NCBI GenBank assembly: GCA_964450755.1
Contig: CAYVDJ010000100.1
Span: forward strand, 1,665 to 65,664
Direction of reading: 5' to 3'
Length of the DNA: 64,000 bases
Source of the DNA: an uncultured Campylobacterales bacterium
GTDB taxonomy: Bacteria; Campylobacterota; Campylobacteria; Campylobacterales; JAADDG01
A program made the translations under genes and the position numbers. Positions 1-10,089 of the stretch are shown piece by piece. The notes beneath the pieces were generated by a model that did no database searches, was not told where the DNA came from, and saw only the letters and a list, made by a program, of their open reading frames with translations. The first letter of the stretch is position 1. Each line of letters begins with the position of its first letter.

Positions 1-2022
1 GCAATATCTCTAAATCCCGATGAAGAGTATATTTTGAGTGATGAGGGATATATCGTGGCAAAAGCGTTGTTTGAATCTCTAAAAGAGCAGGGTATCCTAA
101 AAGGGGATATCAAAAAAACTTTTCCCTCCGCACTCTTGGAGAACAAAACGGCTATCAATCCGCTAAACGGCAGAAAAAGCAGAATCGTACTTGGTGATCA
201 TGTTTTGATGGACGGCGGAACGGGATGTGTTCATACAGCACCCGGACACGGAGAGGATGATTACAGAGTAGGACTTAAATACAATCTTGAAGTGATTATG
301 CCTGTGGATGAAGAGGGAAAATTTGATGAAACCATCATAAGAGAGGGACTTCTTCCAAATCCGAAAGAGTTTGTCGGAGAGCATATATTTAAAACAAATG
401 ATAAAATAGTGCAAATGCTCGGAGACTCTTTGCTTCATGTCTCAAAATTTACCCACTCATATCCTTTTTGCTGGAGAACCCACAAACCGGTTATTTACAG
501 GGCCACAAAACAGTGGTTTATCTCTATCGATGAAAAACCAAAAGGGAGTGATAAAACTCTAAGAGAGATGGCGCTTGAGGAGTTGGAGAGGATCGGCTTT
601 TATCCCCAATGGGCGGTAAACAGAATAAAAAGCATGATAGAAAACCGTCCTGACTGGTGTATCTCAAGGCAGAGAGACTGGGGAGTTCCGATAGCCTTTT
701 TCAGAGAGAAAAAGACAGGCAGAGTGATCCTTGATGAGAAGGTTTTGAACTTTATAGCGATGATTTTTGAGCAAAAAGGGGCTGATGCGTGGTGGAGTAT
801 GGAGACAAAAGACCTTCTCTATCCCGGAAGCGGTTACAATCCCGATGATCTTGAAAAGGTGATGGATATTTTAGATGTCTGGTTTGACAGCGGAAGCACA
901 TGGAATGCGGTTTTAAAATCAAGAAGATACGACAGTGGAGAGTATCCCTCTTCTATGTACTGCGAAGGAAGTGATCAACACAGAGGCTGGTTTCAAAGCT
1001 CTCTTCTTCTAAGCTGTGCCTGTGAAAACAAAGCTCCTTACAAAACGGTAGTAACTCACGGTTTTACAGTCGATGAGAAGGGTGAGAAGATGAGCAAGTC
1101 CAAAGGAAATGTCGTAGCTCCACAGGATATCATGAAAAAATACGGCAGTGAGATTTTGAGACTTTGGGTTGCCATGAGCGATTATACAAGCGATCTAAAA
1201 ATCAGCGACAATATCCTGACACAGATGAGCGAACAGTACAGAAAGATAAGAAATACTTTCAGATTTTTACTTGCCAATGCAAATGATCTTCAAAATCCTA
1301 TTCCGATAGAGGAGATGGGAGAGATTGACAGATGGATCGTAAAAAAAGCAAAGAGAGTGTTTGATGAGATAGAGGAGAATTTCAGAAAATATGATTTTGC
1401 AAAAGCTCTTTCACTTTTAAACAATTTTATCTCTTTTTATCTAAGCGGTATCTATCTGGATATCTCAAAAGACAGGCTTTATTGTGATAAAAAAGATGAC
1501 AAAAGCAGAGTTTCAGCCCAAAGCGCAATGGCTTTGATGGCAAACAGGATGCTCTCTTTGACAGCTCCGATTTTGACCTATACGGCTGATGAGATCATAG
1601 AACATGCTCCCGAAGCGATCAAAGAGGATGCCAAAACGGTGGCTGATCTTCTATACAGACCGATAGAAGAGGTTAAAAGCGATTTTGACGAAGAGTATAT
1701 GATCAGTGCCAGAGAGAAGTTTTTTGAGATTGTTGATAAATTGAAAAAAGAGAAGAAGATAAAATCAACTCTGGAACTTGTGATAAAGACCGGTTCCAAA
1801 GAGATAGCGAAACTAGATTCAACCGATGCCGAAGACTGGTTTACCGTAAGTAAAATCATCTTTGATAAAGAAGAGGGTGAACTTCTTGATCGCTTTGAAG
1901 TGGAAAAAGATGAATTTGGGATATATTACAGCACTCATCACAAATGTCCTAGATGTTGGAAATATAAGGCAAAAGAAGAAAACAGTTTGTGTAAAAGATG
2001 TAAAAAGGTTATAGATGGTTGA
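1..2022 (+). CDS. ileS: Isoleucine--tRNA ligase, C-terminal ~673 codons (5' end lies upstream of the window)
   Basis: Frame 1 is open from nt 1; the track ORF at 34 is only the first in-frame Met. Class-I KMSKS signature (KMSKSKGN), WCISRQR motif, and a C-terminal Zn ribbon CPRCWKY...CKRCKK. Confidence 0.95.
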   Translation, partial: AISLNPDEEYILSDEGYIVAKALFESLKEQGILKGDIKKTFPSALLENKTAINPLNGRKSRIVLGDHVLMDGGTGCVHTAPGHGEDDYRVGLKYNLEVIMPVDEEGKFDETIIREGLLPNPKEFVGEHIFKTNDKIVQMLGDSLLHVSKFTHSYPFCWRTHKPVIYRATKQWFISIDEKPKGSDKTLREMALEELERIGFYPQWAVNRIKSMIENRPDWCISRQRDWGVPIAFFREKKTGRVILDEKVLNFIAMIFEQKGADAWWSMETKDLLYPGSGYNPDDLEKVMDILDVWFDSGSTWNAVLKSRRYDSGEYPSSMYCEGSDQHRGWFQSSLLLSCACENKAPYKTVVTHGFTVDEKGEKMSKSKGNVVAPQDIMKKYGSEILRLWVAMSDYTSDLKISDNILTQMSEQYRKIRNTFRFLLANANDLQNPIPIEEMGEIDRWIVKKAKRVFDEIEENFRKYDFAKALSLLNNFISFYLSGIYLDISKDRLYCDKKDDKSRVSAQSAMALMANRMLSLTAPILTYTADEIIEHAPEAIKEDAKTVADLLYRPIEEVKSDFDEEYMISAREKFFEIVDKLKKEKKIKSTLELVIKTGSKEIAKLDSTDAEDWFTVSKIIFDKEEGELLDRFEVEKDEFGIYYSTHHKCPRCWKYKAKEENSLCKRCKKVIDG

Positions 2023-2133
2023 TCTCTCACAGCCGGTTGAGATGAGTTTTATCATAGAGACGATAGTTTTTTTACTCGCTGTTACGGGTGTGGGAATATT
2101 TTTTGTAAATTATAAAACGAAGAAGGAGAACAG

Positions 2134-3489
2134 GTGATTACGCTAAAAGAGGCTCTATCGCTTCCAAAAGAGGAGATAGCCGAGTTTAGAAAAGATTTGG
2201 CAAAAAAGATAAAAGAGAAAAAAGAGTTGGGCGGTTATGTCGAACAGCTCACGGGTGAGGAGATCAATGTTTACGGAGAAGGGATTCCCATTGCGATAAA
2301 AGACAATATTCAGGTAAAAGGGTGGAATGTAACCTGCTCTTCCAAAATCCTTCAAGGATACACAGCTCCTTACAATGCGACCGTGATCGATAATATGCTC
2401 TCTTATGGGCTTTCTCCTTTTGGCAGATGCAATATGGATGAGTTTGCGATGGGAAGTTCCACCGAAACCAGCTGTTACGGAAATACTTTGAATCCTCATG
2501 ATCCAAACAGAGTTCCCGGAGGAAGCAGCGGAGGAAGTGCGGCGGTAGTCGGCGGAGGTATAGCGATAGCCGCTCTTGGAAGCGATACTGGAGGAAGTAT
2601 CAGACAACCTGCGGCATTTTGCGGATGTGTAGGGATGAAACCGACATACTCCACTGTCAGCAGATACGGTTTGACCGCTTTTTCAAGCTCTTTGGATCAG
2701 ATAGGACCTTTGAGTCAAAATGTAGAAGATGCGGCTATCTTGTTTGATATCATAAAAGGGCATGAGCCAAAAGACTCTACAAGCGCAGATATCAAATATG
2801 AAAAAGTATCCGATAAACTGAACAGAGACAGAAAATTGACAATAGCCGTTATAGAAAACTATCTTGAGGAGTCTTCGCCTGTTATACAAAAAAGCTGTAA
2901 TGAAGCGATCAAAGCTCTAAAAGAGGCAGGACATAAGATAGTCTATAAAAATCTGATAGATTCAAAATATGACATAGCGACATATTATATCGTGGCAACT
3001 GCGGAAGCAAGTGCAAATCTAAGCCGTTTTGACGGTGTCAGATACGGCAACAGAGTGGAGAGTCCAAATCTGAAAGAGATGTATAGAAAAACAAGAGGGG
3101 AGGGGTTTGGCGAAGAGGTCAAAAGAAGAATCCTTCTTGGAACTTTTGTTTTGAGCAGCGGTTATTATGATGCCTACTACATAAAAGCGCAAAAAGCAAG
3201 ACATCTTATAAAAGAGCAGTATGAAAATATCTTTAAAGAGGCCGATCTCATCTTCACTCCCGTAACTCCGAGTGTGGCATTTGAGTTTGGAAGCAAAAAA
3301 GATCCTCTTGAGATGTATCTTAGCGATATCTATACAATAGCGGTAAATTTGGCGGGTCTTCCTGCAATCTCACTTCCGATAGGCAAAAATGACGACGGAC
3401 TCCCGATAGGAGGACAGTTTATAGCAAAAGCTTTTGATGAGCAGACACTTTTTGACGGCGCTCTTGGTTTGGAGAGTATATTGTCTTGA
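2134..3489 (+). CDS. gatA: Glu-tRNA(Gln)/Asp-tRNA(Asn) amidotransferase subunit A
   Basis: 451 aa with amidase signature [11 protein letters not shown]...[15 protein letters not shown] start preceded by AAGGAG at 2123-2128. Confidence 0.93.
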   Translation: MITLKEALSLPKEEIAEFRKDLAKKIKEKKELGGYVEQLTGEEINVYGEGIPIAIKDNIQVKGWNVTCSSKILQGYTAPYNATVIDNMLSYGLSPFGRCNMDEFAMGSSTETSCYGNTLNPHDPNRVPGGSSGGSAAVVGGGIAIAALGSDTGGSIRQPAAFCGCVGMKPTYSTVSRYGLTAFSSSLDQIGPLSQNVEDAAILFDIIKGHEPKDSTSADIKYEKVSDKLNRDRKLTIAVIENYLEESSPVIQKSCNEAIKALKEAGHKIVYKNLIDSKYDIATYYIVATAEASANLSRFDGVRYGNRVESPNLKEMYRKTRGEGFGEEVKRRILLGTFVLSSGYYDAYYIKAQKARHLIKEQYENIFKEADLIFTPVTPSVAFEFGSKKDPLEMYLSDIYTIAVNLAGLPAISLPIGKNDDGLPIGGQFIAKAFDEQTLFDGALGLESILS

Positions 3490-3530
3490 AATTATACTCT
3501 CATGACTGTATGTGAAACAAGCGGGTTAAA

Positions 3531-4733
3531 ATGAAAATTTTAACTGTAAACTGCGGGAGTTCCTCTTTGAAATTTTCTCTTTATGAGATGAAAGATGAGA
3601 GATTGTTGGCAGGAGGAGTTATCGAAAAGATAGGAGAGGAACTCTCAACGGTTACTTTGACAAAAGAGAATAAAAAAAGCACTTTTGAAAAGAGGATAAA
3701 AGATCACCACAAAGCGGTAGAAGTACTTGAAGAGATACTTCAATCCTATGATATTTTAAGAGATTTAAACGATTTGGATGTTGTGGGTCACAGAGTGGTT
3801 CACGGGGGTGAGGAGTTTACAAAACCGACTCTTATAGATAAGAATGTCATAGAGAAAATCCGCTCTTTGTTTCATCTTGCTCCTCTTCACAATCCTGCCA
3901 ATTTGGAGGGAATAGAGGCTGTTTTGAAAAAAGCTCCCTTTTTAAAACAGGTAGCGGTATTTGATACGGCATTTCATCAGAGTATGCCAAAATATGCATC
4001 CATGTATGCAATAGATAGAAAATTTTATAAAGATTTTTATATAAGAAGATACGGTTTTCACGGTACCTCCCACCACTATGTAGCAAAAGAGAGTGCAAAA
4101 TATCTAAAAAAAGAATTTAAAAGTATAAATCTTATAACTTTACATATCGGAAACGGAGCAAGTGCCTGTGCGGTTCAAGAGGGAAAAAGTATCGATACTT
4201 CGATGGGTTTTACACCTCTTGAGGGGCTCGTTATGGGAACTCGAAGCGGAGATATTGATGCAGGAGTGATATTTTATCTCTCAAGGCAGATGAAAATGAG
4301 TATAGATGAGATAGATACTCTTTTGAATAAAAAGAGCGGTTTAAAAGGTCTGTGCGGTAAAAATGATCTAAGAGAGATAGAGAAATCTATAAAAGAGGGC
4401 GATAAAGATGCTCTTTTGGCCTTTGAGATATTTTGTTACAGGATAAAAAAATATATAGGTGCATATTTTGCCGTTATGGGAAGAGTGGACGCCGTCGTTT
4501 TTACGGCAGGTATAGGAGAAAACAGTAAAAAGGTAAGAGAGAAAGTCTGTAAAGGTTTACAGAACATGGGAATAGTTCTTGATAAAGAGGCGAATGAGAA
4601 AAATTTGAAAGAGATAAGCAAAAAAGAGAGCAGAACAAAGATCCTTGTTATCCCTACAAATGAGGAGATAGAGATAGCAAGGCAGAGTATGTTATGTTTT
4701 AAAGATAACTCTTTTGGCTTTCATGCCGAGTAA
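3531..4733 (+). CDS. ackA: Acetate kinase
   Basis: 400 aa. N-terminal ILTVNCGSSSLKFSLY, plus HGTSHHYV and IPTNEEIEIA motifs typical of AckA. Confidence 0.93.
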   Translation: MKILTVNCGSSSLKFSLYEMKDERLLAGGVIEKIGEELSTVTLTKENKKSTFEKRIKDHHKAVEVLEEILQSYDILRDLNDLDVVGHRVVHGGEEFTKPTLIDKNVIEKIRSLFHLAPLHNPANLEGIEAVLKKAPFLKQVAVFDTAFHQSMPKYASMYAIDRKFYKDFYIRRYGFHGTSHHYVAKESAKYLKKEFKSINLITLHIGNGASACAVQEGKSIDTSMGFTPLEGLVMGTRSGDIDAGVIFYLSRQMKMSIDEIDTLLNKKSGLKGLCGKNDLREIEKSIKEGDKDALLAFEIFCYRIKKYIGAYFAVMGRVDAVVFTAGIGENSKKVREKVCKGLQNMGIVLDKEANEKNLKEISKKESRTKILVIPTNEEIEIARQSMLCFKDNSFGFHAE

Positions 4734-5990
4734 AATTCCTCTTGCCATCATCAAAACGATCATTGAGATCCAAAGAGCGTGATTGTGTAAAATATCCCTT
4801 GTTAGATAGTAGGTTGGCAGATAGATTAAAAATACTGCTGTTAGCATACTGTTTCTCAGGCTTTTTGATGCGGTAGCTCCAAGATAGATTCCATCCCACA
4901 GATAACAAAAGCTGTTGACAAGAGGTGCTATGATCGTATAACCGATATAAACAAGAGCTATATCTATCACAGTCTGGTTATTTGTAAAGAGAGAGATTAT
5001 ATCTTTTGGAAAGAGAAAAAATACAAAAGAGAAAACAGCTCCCAAACCAAATCCCCAGATAAAAATTCTTTTTATTACCTTTTTTAAAGTTTTTTTATCT
5101 TTTGTTATATATTTTCCAATCAGACTCTCCGAAGCAAAAGCAAATCCGTCTATTCCGTAGGCAAATACAGTCCAAAGCTGCATAAGGATAGTATTTGCCG
5201 CAAGAATGTCATCTCCATAGAGTGCAGATTGTGCTGTAAAGAAGGAAAAGGCAAAAATCAAAGAGATCGTTCTTATAAAGATATCCATATTCAATTTAAA
5301 AAACTCTATAATCTCCTCTATATGAAAAATCTCTTTCAGATTTATCCTAAAGAGTCTGTTTTTGTACTCTTTTTTTATAAGATAAAGGGCTAAAAAGACA
5401 CCTGCATACTGGGATAAAACTGTTCCCAAAGCCACGCCTTTTACATCCATGTTCAAACCGTAGATAAATATAAAATCCAAAATGATATTCAAAAAATTTG
5501 TAAAAACAACGATAAACATTGTATATCTGGCATTTTGCATACCCATCAACCAACCGTTTAAAGCATACAGAGACAAAACGGCAAAAACATCAAAGATTCT
5601 GATGGAAAAGTAATTTTTTGCCAAAATTTCCACCTCTTTTGATGCATCAACCAAAGAGAAAGCAGTATCTTTTATAAAGCTTTGCAATATAAAAATAGCA
5701 AAAGCGATAACAAAAGAGGCAAACAAAGAGCGATAGAGGGTAACGGAGAGTTTATATCGGTCATCTCTTCCATACGCCTGGGCAGTAACTCCTGTGGTTC
5801 CCATTCTCAAAAAACCAAAACTCCAGTACAAAAAACCAAATATCATCCCTCCTATCGCAACAGCTCCGATATATGAGCTTTTGTTTAGGTGTCCTATCAA
5901 CATCAGATCAACAGAAGAGAGAAGAGGAACACTGAGATTGCTTAGAATATTTGGAATGGAAAGTTTTAAAATTTCTTTGTTTAACTGCAA
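4692..5990 (-). CDS. MATE family efflux transporter (DinF/NorM-like)
   Basis: 432 aa and strongly hydrophobic throughout (about 12 helices by eye). N-terminus LSIPNILSNLSVPLLSSVDLMLIGHL is typical of MATE. Its 3' end overlaps ackA convergently by 42 nt. Confidence 0.85.
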   Translation of the reverse strand: MQLNKEILKLSIPNILSNLSVPLLSSVDLMLIGHLNKSSYIGAVAIGGMIFGFLYWSFGFLRMGTTGVTAQAYGRDDRYKLSVTLYRSLFASFVIAFAIFILQSFIKDTAFSLVDASKEVEILAKNYFSIRIFDVFAVLSLYALNGWLMGMQNARYTMFIVVFTNFLNIILDFIFIYGLNMDVKGVALGTVLSQYAGVFLALYLIKKEYKNRLFRINLKEIFHIEEIIEFFKLNMDIFIRTISLIFAFSFFTAQSALYGDDILAANTILMQLWTVFAYGIDGFAFASESLIGKYITKDKKTLKKVIKRIFIWGFGLGAVFSFVFFLFPKDIISLFTNNQTVIDIALVYIGYTIIAPLVNSFCYLWDGIYLGATASKSLRNSMLTAVFLIYLPTYYLTRDILHNHALWISMIVLMMARGILLGMKAKRVIFKT

Positions 5991-5993
5991 CTT

Positions 5994-6434
5994 TTAAACA
6001 ACACCTTCAAATTCATCTGTAATATTTTTCAGCTTTGTTTTGAACTTTTCCGCTTTTTGAATCATCTCATCAAATATCTCATCGGATGAAAAATTATCCG
6101 CCAACTCTTTGTAAATATCGGTTTTGTGATCGATTTGGGATGTGAATATATCAAAAAGTCTTTGCATATCCTCTTTTGAAAAAACCGCTTTTAAAAGATC
6201 GGTTAACATCCTCTTTCTCTCTCTCAACTGAATGGATTCACCGTAAAATTCGGCTGCCGATTTGATATCGAGTCTTGAGAAATATACTCCGCACATCTGG
6301 GGTGCCAACATATATTTTTTTAAAATCTCCATGAAGCCTTCACCCTCATCAAAATTCTCCTCTTTTTCCCGGGTGATAAAACACTCTTTCTCAAAGTTTT
6401 CAAATTCTTTTTTCAGATTGTCAAATTCCTGCAT
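5994..6434 (-). CDS. Hypothetical acidic helical protein (146 aa)
   Basis: ORF is 3 nt upstream of the MATE start and overlaps the preceding ORF by 14 nt, which suggests operon membership. I recognise no motif. Confidence 0.5.
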   Translation of the reverse strand: MQEFDNLKKEFENFEKECFITREKEENFDEGEGFMEILKKYMLAPQMCGVYFSRLDIKSAAEFYGESIQLRERKRMLTDLLKAVFSKEDMQRLFDIFTSQIDHKTDIYKELADNFSSDEIFDEMIQKAEKFKTKLKNITDEFEGVV

Positions 6435-6813
6435 CTCTTTCCTTAACTATTTTATTTATGATCTGTATTATCTTTTTGTCATCCATCATGAGCATTTCTC
6501 TCTCTTCTACCAGGATAAAATCCTCTTCTTTTTTAAAAGCTGCTATTAAAAAGCCGTTGAGATTGTAAAAATCTGCCGCTTTTTTTTGAAACTCTTCGGC
6601 AAAAACCGTAACCTCCACTTTTGATTTTTTCAGATTTGAGATAAAAAATTTAAAATCATCTTCATTGATAGCTATACCTATCAGATGGGCTTTTATATTG
6701 TTTGTTGCAAGATAGTCGTTTATTACCGGAGGAAGTTTGGAGTTTGCAGCATCCGCTCCGGCATAGGCGATAATAGTCATCTCTTTTTTCAGTAAATCTC
6801 TTTCTGTTTGCAC
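6421..6813 (-). CDS. Hypothetical protein (130 aa)
   Basis: ORF lies in the same operon chain. It faintly resembles a shikimate-dehydrogenase N-terminal substrate-binding fold (KVEVTVFAEEF...). That resemblance is weak and unverified. Confidence 0.5.
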   Translation of the reverse strand: MQTERDLLKKEMTIIAYAGADAANSKLPPVINDYLATNNIKAHLIGIAINEDDFKFFISNLKKSKVEVTVFAEEFQKKAADFYNLNGFLIAAFKKEEDFILVEEREMLMMDDKKIIQIINKIVKERDAGI

Positions 6814-6828
6814 TTTCTCTCCTTAATA

Positions 6829-7902
6829 TTAAGTTCCCCAAAGATTCAAGGCTTCATCTTCTTCTATCTTGCATCTTTTGCAGATCTTCTCTCCTCCTTC
6901 ACAGGTGAAAAGATTACCGCATTCATTGCATCTTGTGATATTAAATCTCTTAAGAGGGGTTTGGGTCGGTTCAAAAAACTCTTTTGTATCAAAAAACTCT
7001 CTGATCTTTATGGACTCTTTTTCACATACATCATGACAGAGTTTGCATTTCAGACAGAGCATATCATCAAAAAATATGACGCTTCCCTTAAAATCGCTGC
7101 TTAAAGCTCCGCTTGGGCAGATTCTGTAACAGACAGAGCAGTTGTCGCAGCTGTCGTCTATCTCTTTGGAAGAACAAAAAGAGATCTTATCACTTTTAAT
7201 CTTTTGATACTCTTTTGGTTTTTGTACTCTTTTTAGAACACTGTAAAGCAGTTTTCTTTTATCGGGAATGATTTTTTCTCTCTTTTTTAAACTCTCTTTG
7301 GCACTTATGGAGATGGAGGAAGTTTGCATACTCAAAGCTTTCTCTTTCATTTTTTGGGCATTTTGTGAGATACCTTCTGGAGTGAAAAGCCTGAATATAT
7401 CTCTTCGGGAATTTTTTTGTTCCTTTTTGCAGGAATTCTTTTTTACAAACTCTCTTTTGATTCTTTTATCACCTGTTTTGGAGAGTATAAGATTTGCTTC
7501 GTCTATGGTATCTTCTATCTTTTGAAACAGAGGTTCTTTTAAACTGCACTCTTCACAGTGTCCCAGATCCAAAACCGTATCTTTGATAAGTGCCAGTGAG
7601 ATAAGATATTCCACATTGAATGCACTCAGACAGATAAAATTGCTTTTGCAGCTTATAACTTTTTCATCACTTTTGATAAAATTGAAAAAAAATTCTTTTA
7701 CACTAAAAGAGTTTAGTTTTAAAGCTTCCGTAGGACAAGCACCGATACATGCTCCGCAGGAAATACAGTTTTCTTGAAAGATACCAAGAGAGCCTTCGTT
7801 ACATTTTATCGCATCTGTAAAGCAGATATCTTCACACTCTTTGCATTGGGATAATTTTGAAGAGTATCTGACACAAAAGGAGGGTTCAAGTTTCAGTTTC
7901 AC
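6829..7902 (-). CDS. Multi-cluster 4Fe-4S ferredoxin-domain protein with C-terminal Cys ribbon
   Basis: 357 aa. Motifs: CISCGACIGACP, CDNCSVCYRICP, CLKCKLCHDVC, an N-terminal C-x10-CxxCxxxC, and C-terminal CNECG...CKRCK. GTG start shares 1 nt with the upstream stop. Confidence 0.75.
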   Translation of the reverse strand: MKLKLEPSFCVRYSSKLSQCKECEDICFTDAIKCNEGSLGIFQENCISCGACIGACPTEALKLNSFSVKEFFFNFIKSDEKVISCKSNFICLSAFNVEYLISLALIKDTVLDLGHCEECSLKEPLFQKIEDTIDEANLILSKTGDKRIKREFVKKNSCKKEQKNSRRDIFRLFTPEGISQNAQKMKEKALSMQTSSISISAKESLKKREKIIPDKRKLLYSVLKRVQKPKEYQKIKSDKISFCSSKEIDDSCDNCSVCYRICPSGALSSDFKGSVIFFDDMLCLKCKLCHDVCEKESIKIREFFDTKEFFEPTQTPLKRFNITRCNECGNLFTCEGGEKICKRCKIEEDEALNLWGT

Positions 7903-8513
7903 TAAACCGTTTCCTTCACATAGGCATAATCTTCTAGTAAAAATTCCAAAAGAGCTTTTGCAGCATCTTTGTAAAAAGGAGTTCTTGCCTCCTCATAGAC
8001 ATTTATAAGATACATTGGAGAAAATTTCAAAAGATGTTTTTGTAAAAACTCCTTTTGAAGTTTTTTCAATTCTCCCGCCGCTTTTTGATCATTGTCATCT
8101 AAAGCTTTTATCTCCCTTTTTGTCAAAAGGTGCATAAATTCGAGTTCTATTCCTATATGATCGGGAGATACGGCTCTCGCTTTGTCAAGATCTACTCTAA
8201 AGCCGTAATCGTTGTAAAAGGAGATGACACGATTATCTCCCCCACTCTCTATCATGCCGTCTTCTCTTGTATAAAAACTCTCATAGGGAATAAGATGAAG
8301 TATGGTAATGTCCGTGAAATCGACATTCAGATTCTCTTCTATAAGCTTTTGTATGCTTTTTGTATCTTTTTTTTCCCATTTGGAATAGTTTTGAAAAATA
8401 TTTTCAAAATCATGACTTTTTTGCATATTTCTTAGAGTTTCTTCATCCATCTCTTGAAGAAAGAGTCTGGAAAAAAGAGCATAATAGGCATTTCTGTTTT
8501 TTGTAATAGTCAA
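7902..8513 (-). CDS. TorD/DmsD/NarJ-family redox-enzyme maturation chaperone
   Basis: 203 aa with the SPDHIGIELEFMHLL core motif and the overall helical pattern of the TorD family. Confidence 0.75.
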   Translation of the reverse strand: MTITKNRNAYYALFSRLFLQEMDEETLRNMQKSHDFENIFQNYSKWEKKDTKSIQKLIEENLNVDFTDITILHLIPYESFYTREDGMIESGGDNRVISFYNDYGFRVDLDKARAVSPDHIGIELEFMHLLTKREIKALDDNDQKAAGELKKLQKEFLQKHLLKFSPMYLINVYEEARTPFYKDAAKALLEFLLEDYAYVKETV

Positions 8514-8583
8514 TTTGGAACCTTTTTTTAATCTGTTTTTTGGTATAGTAATATAAAAAATTATTATATCAAAGGCTCTCTGA

Positions 8584-8967
8584 ATGTTTACTTTTAATAA
8601 TAACTATATTTTAAAAAAAGTTCTGTTTTTATCTGTTTTAGCCATCTTTTCCCATGCCAAAGAGAGCGGTAAGACTCTCTATTCTACAAAAGGATGTTAT
8701 GCCTGTCACGGTGTGGATGCCAAAGGAAACAGCTCATATCCAAAACTTGCAAACAAACCGGAAAGTTATCTGATTTTGAGACTGAAAGCCTATAAAAAGG
8801 AGAAGATAAGATCAAAAAGAAGTGATATAATGACATCTTATGCCAAAAACCTTAGTGAAAAAGAGATAAAAGAGATTGCTTCGTTTTTAAGCGCTCTAAA
8901 GTCTGATACTACAAAAAAAGAGGAGTATTATGACGATGATTTTTTAACTAACGGTGAGGCGGATTAA
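8584..8967 (+). CDS. Class I c-type cytochrome (c553/c6-like), exported
   Basis: 127 aa. N-terminal signal-like hydrophobic segment, a single CYACH haem-binding motif, and a distal Met (IMTSY). Confidence 0.8.
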   Translation: MFTFNNNYILKKVLFLSVLAIFSHAKESGKTLYSTKGCYACHGVDAKGNSSYPKLANKPESYLILRLKAYKKEKIRSKRSDIMTSYAKNLSEKEIKEIASFLSALKSDTTKKEEYYDDDFLTNGEAD

Positions 8968-10088
8968 TTGCGTATTTTAAATGAATTTTTATATTTTTCT
9001 TTCAAAAAGATGATTCTCTTATTGGCTTTTATGATATTTTGGAGTAATTTTTTATCGGTTTTTGTCTCTTGATAGATGAGATTGATAAGTTTTTGGATAT
9101 TTATCTCTTTATCGAGCTGATTTGCAAAAAGTAACAGATCCGCTCCCGCATTTATGGCAAGTTTGACACTCTCTTTTAAAGAGTAGTGTTTTGTAATGGC
9201 TCTCATCTGAAGGTCATCTGTTATAACAACACCTTTGTAACCGAGTTTTTTTCTCAAAAGTTCTGTGGTAATAGAGTAAGAGAGAGTTGCGGGATATCTC
9301 TCATCAAGGTTTTTGTTAAAAACATGTGCCGTCATGATCATATCTGCCATATCTGCTTTTATCAGTTCTTTATATGGGATCAATTCTTTTTTTTGCCATT
9401 TTTTTGAGATATCTACAAAGCCTTTATGGGAATCTTTCAAAGAGGAACCGTGTCCGGGAAAATGTTTCAAGACACTGATAACTCCCTCTTGTTTCAGTTC
9501 TTTGATAAAAATCTTTGCATATTTGGTTGCCTTTTTTGGAGATTTTCCAAAAGATCTGCCTGTTTTTACAATTACCGTGTTGTCTGGATTTAGTGAGAGA
9601 TCAACAACAGGGGCAAAATCGCAGTTGATACCGTAGTTTTTCAGTTCCAAAGCCAACTGATGATAAATTTTTTTTGCATTTTTTATCCCTTTTTCCCCCA
9701 CTTTTTTTGCAGAAGGAATTTTTAAAAAGCCTTCTGTTTTACCGAGCCTTGAAACCAATCCCCCCTCTTCATCCACAGCTATCAAAATATGATGTTTTGT
9801 AAGAGATTGCAGTTGATATGTCAATCTTTTTAGCTGAAAAGGGTTTTGTATATTTTTGGCTCTTTTTCTGTTTTTGGGATCTTTGTCAAAGAGTATAACT
9901 CCGCAGATGTGGTATTTGTTGATATTTTTGATGATTTTGCTCTCCTTGTTGACAGATGTGGCATAAAATCCGACTATCAGCATATTTCCTATCATTTTTT
10001 TGATATTTTTTTCATTCAACCACATATTTGAAGCAAAGGAGTTTAAAGCAAACAAAAAGATGATAAAAAACAGGATATACTTTTTCAT
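8964..10088 (-). CDS. nagZ: Beta-N-acetylhexosaminidase (GH3, NagZ-like) with N-terminal signal peptide
   Basis: KHFPGHG and VITDDLQM GH3 motifs. I prefer the start at Met22 (10088, MKKYILFFIIFLFALNSFAS) because the upstream gene ends at 10090. Confidence 0.85.
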   Translation of the reverse strand: MKKYILFFIIFLFALNSFASNMWLNEKNIKKMIGNMLIVGFYATSVNKESKIIKNINKYHICGVILFDKDPKNRKRAKNIQNPFQLKRLTYQLQSLTKHHILIAVDEEGGLVSRLGKTEGFLKIPSAKKVGEKGIKNAKKIYHQLALELKNYGINCDFAPVVDLSLNPDNTVIVKTGRSFGKSPKKATKYAKIFIKELKQEGVISVLKHFPGHGSSLKDSHKGFVDISKKWQKKELIPYKELIKADMADMIMTAHVFNKNLDERYPATLSYSITTELLRKKLGYKGVVITDDLQMRAITKHYSLKESVKLAINAGADLLLFANQLDKEINIQKLINLIYQETKTDKKLLQNIIKANKRIIFLKEKYKNSFKIRN

Positions 10089-10089
10089 T

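Noticed and set aside
8964-8967. Cytochrome c and nagZ stop codons share the palindrome TTAA (4-nt convergent overlap).
   Set aside because: This is a trivial consequence of compaction and has no regulatory implication that I can support.
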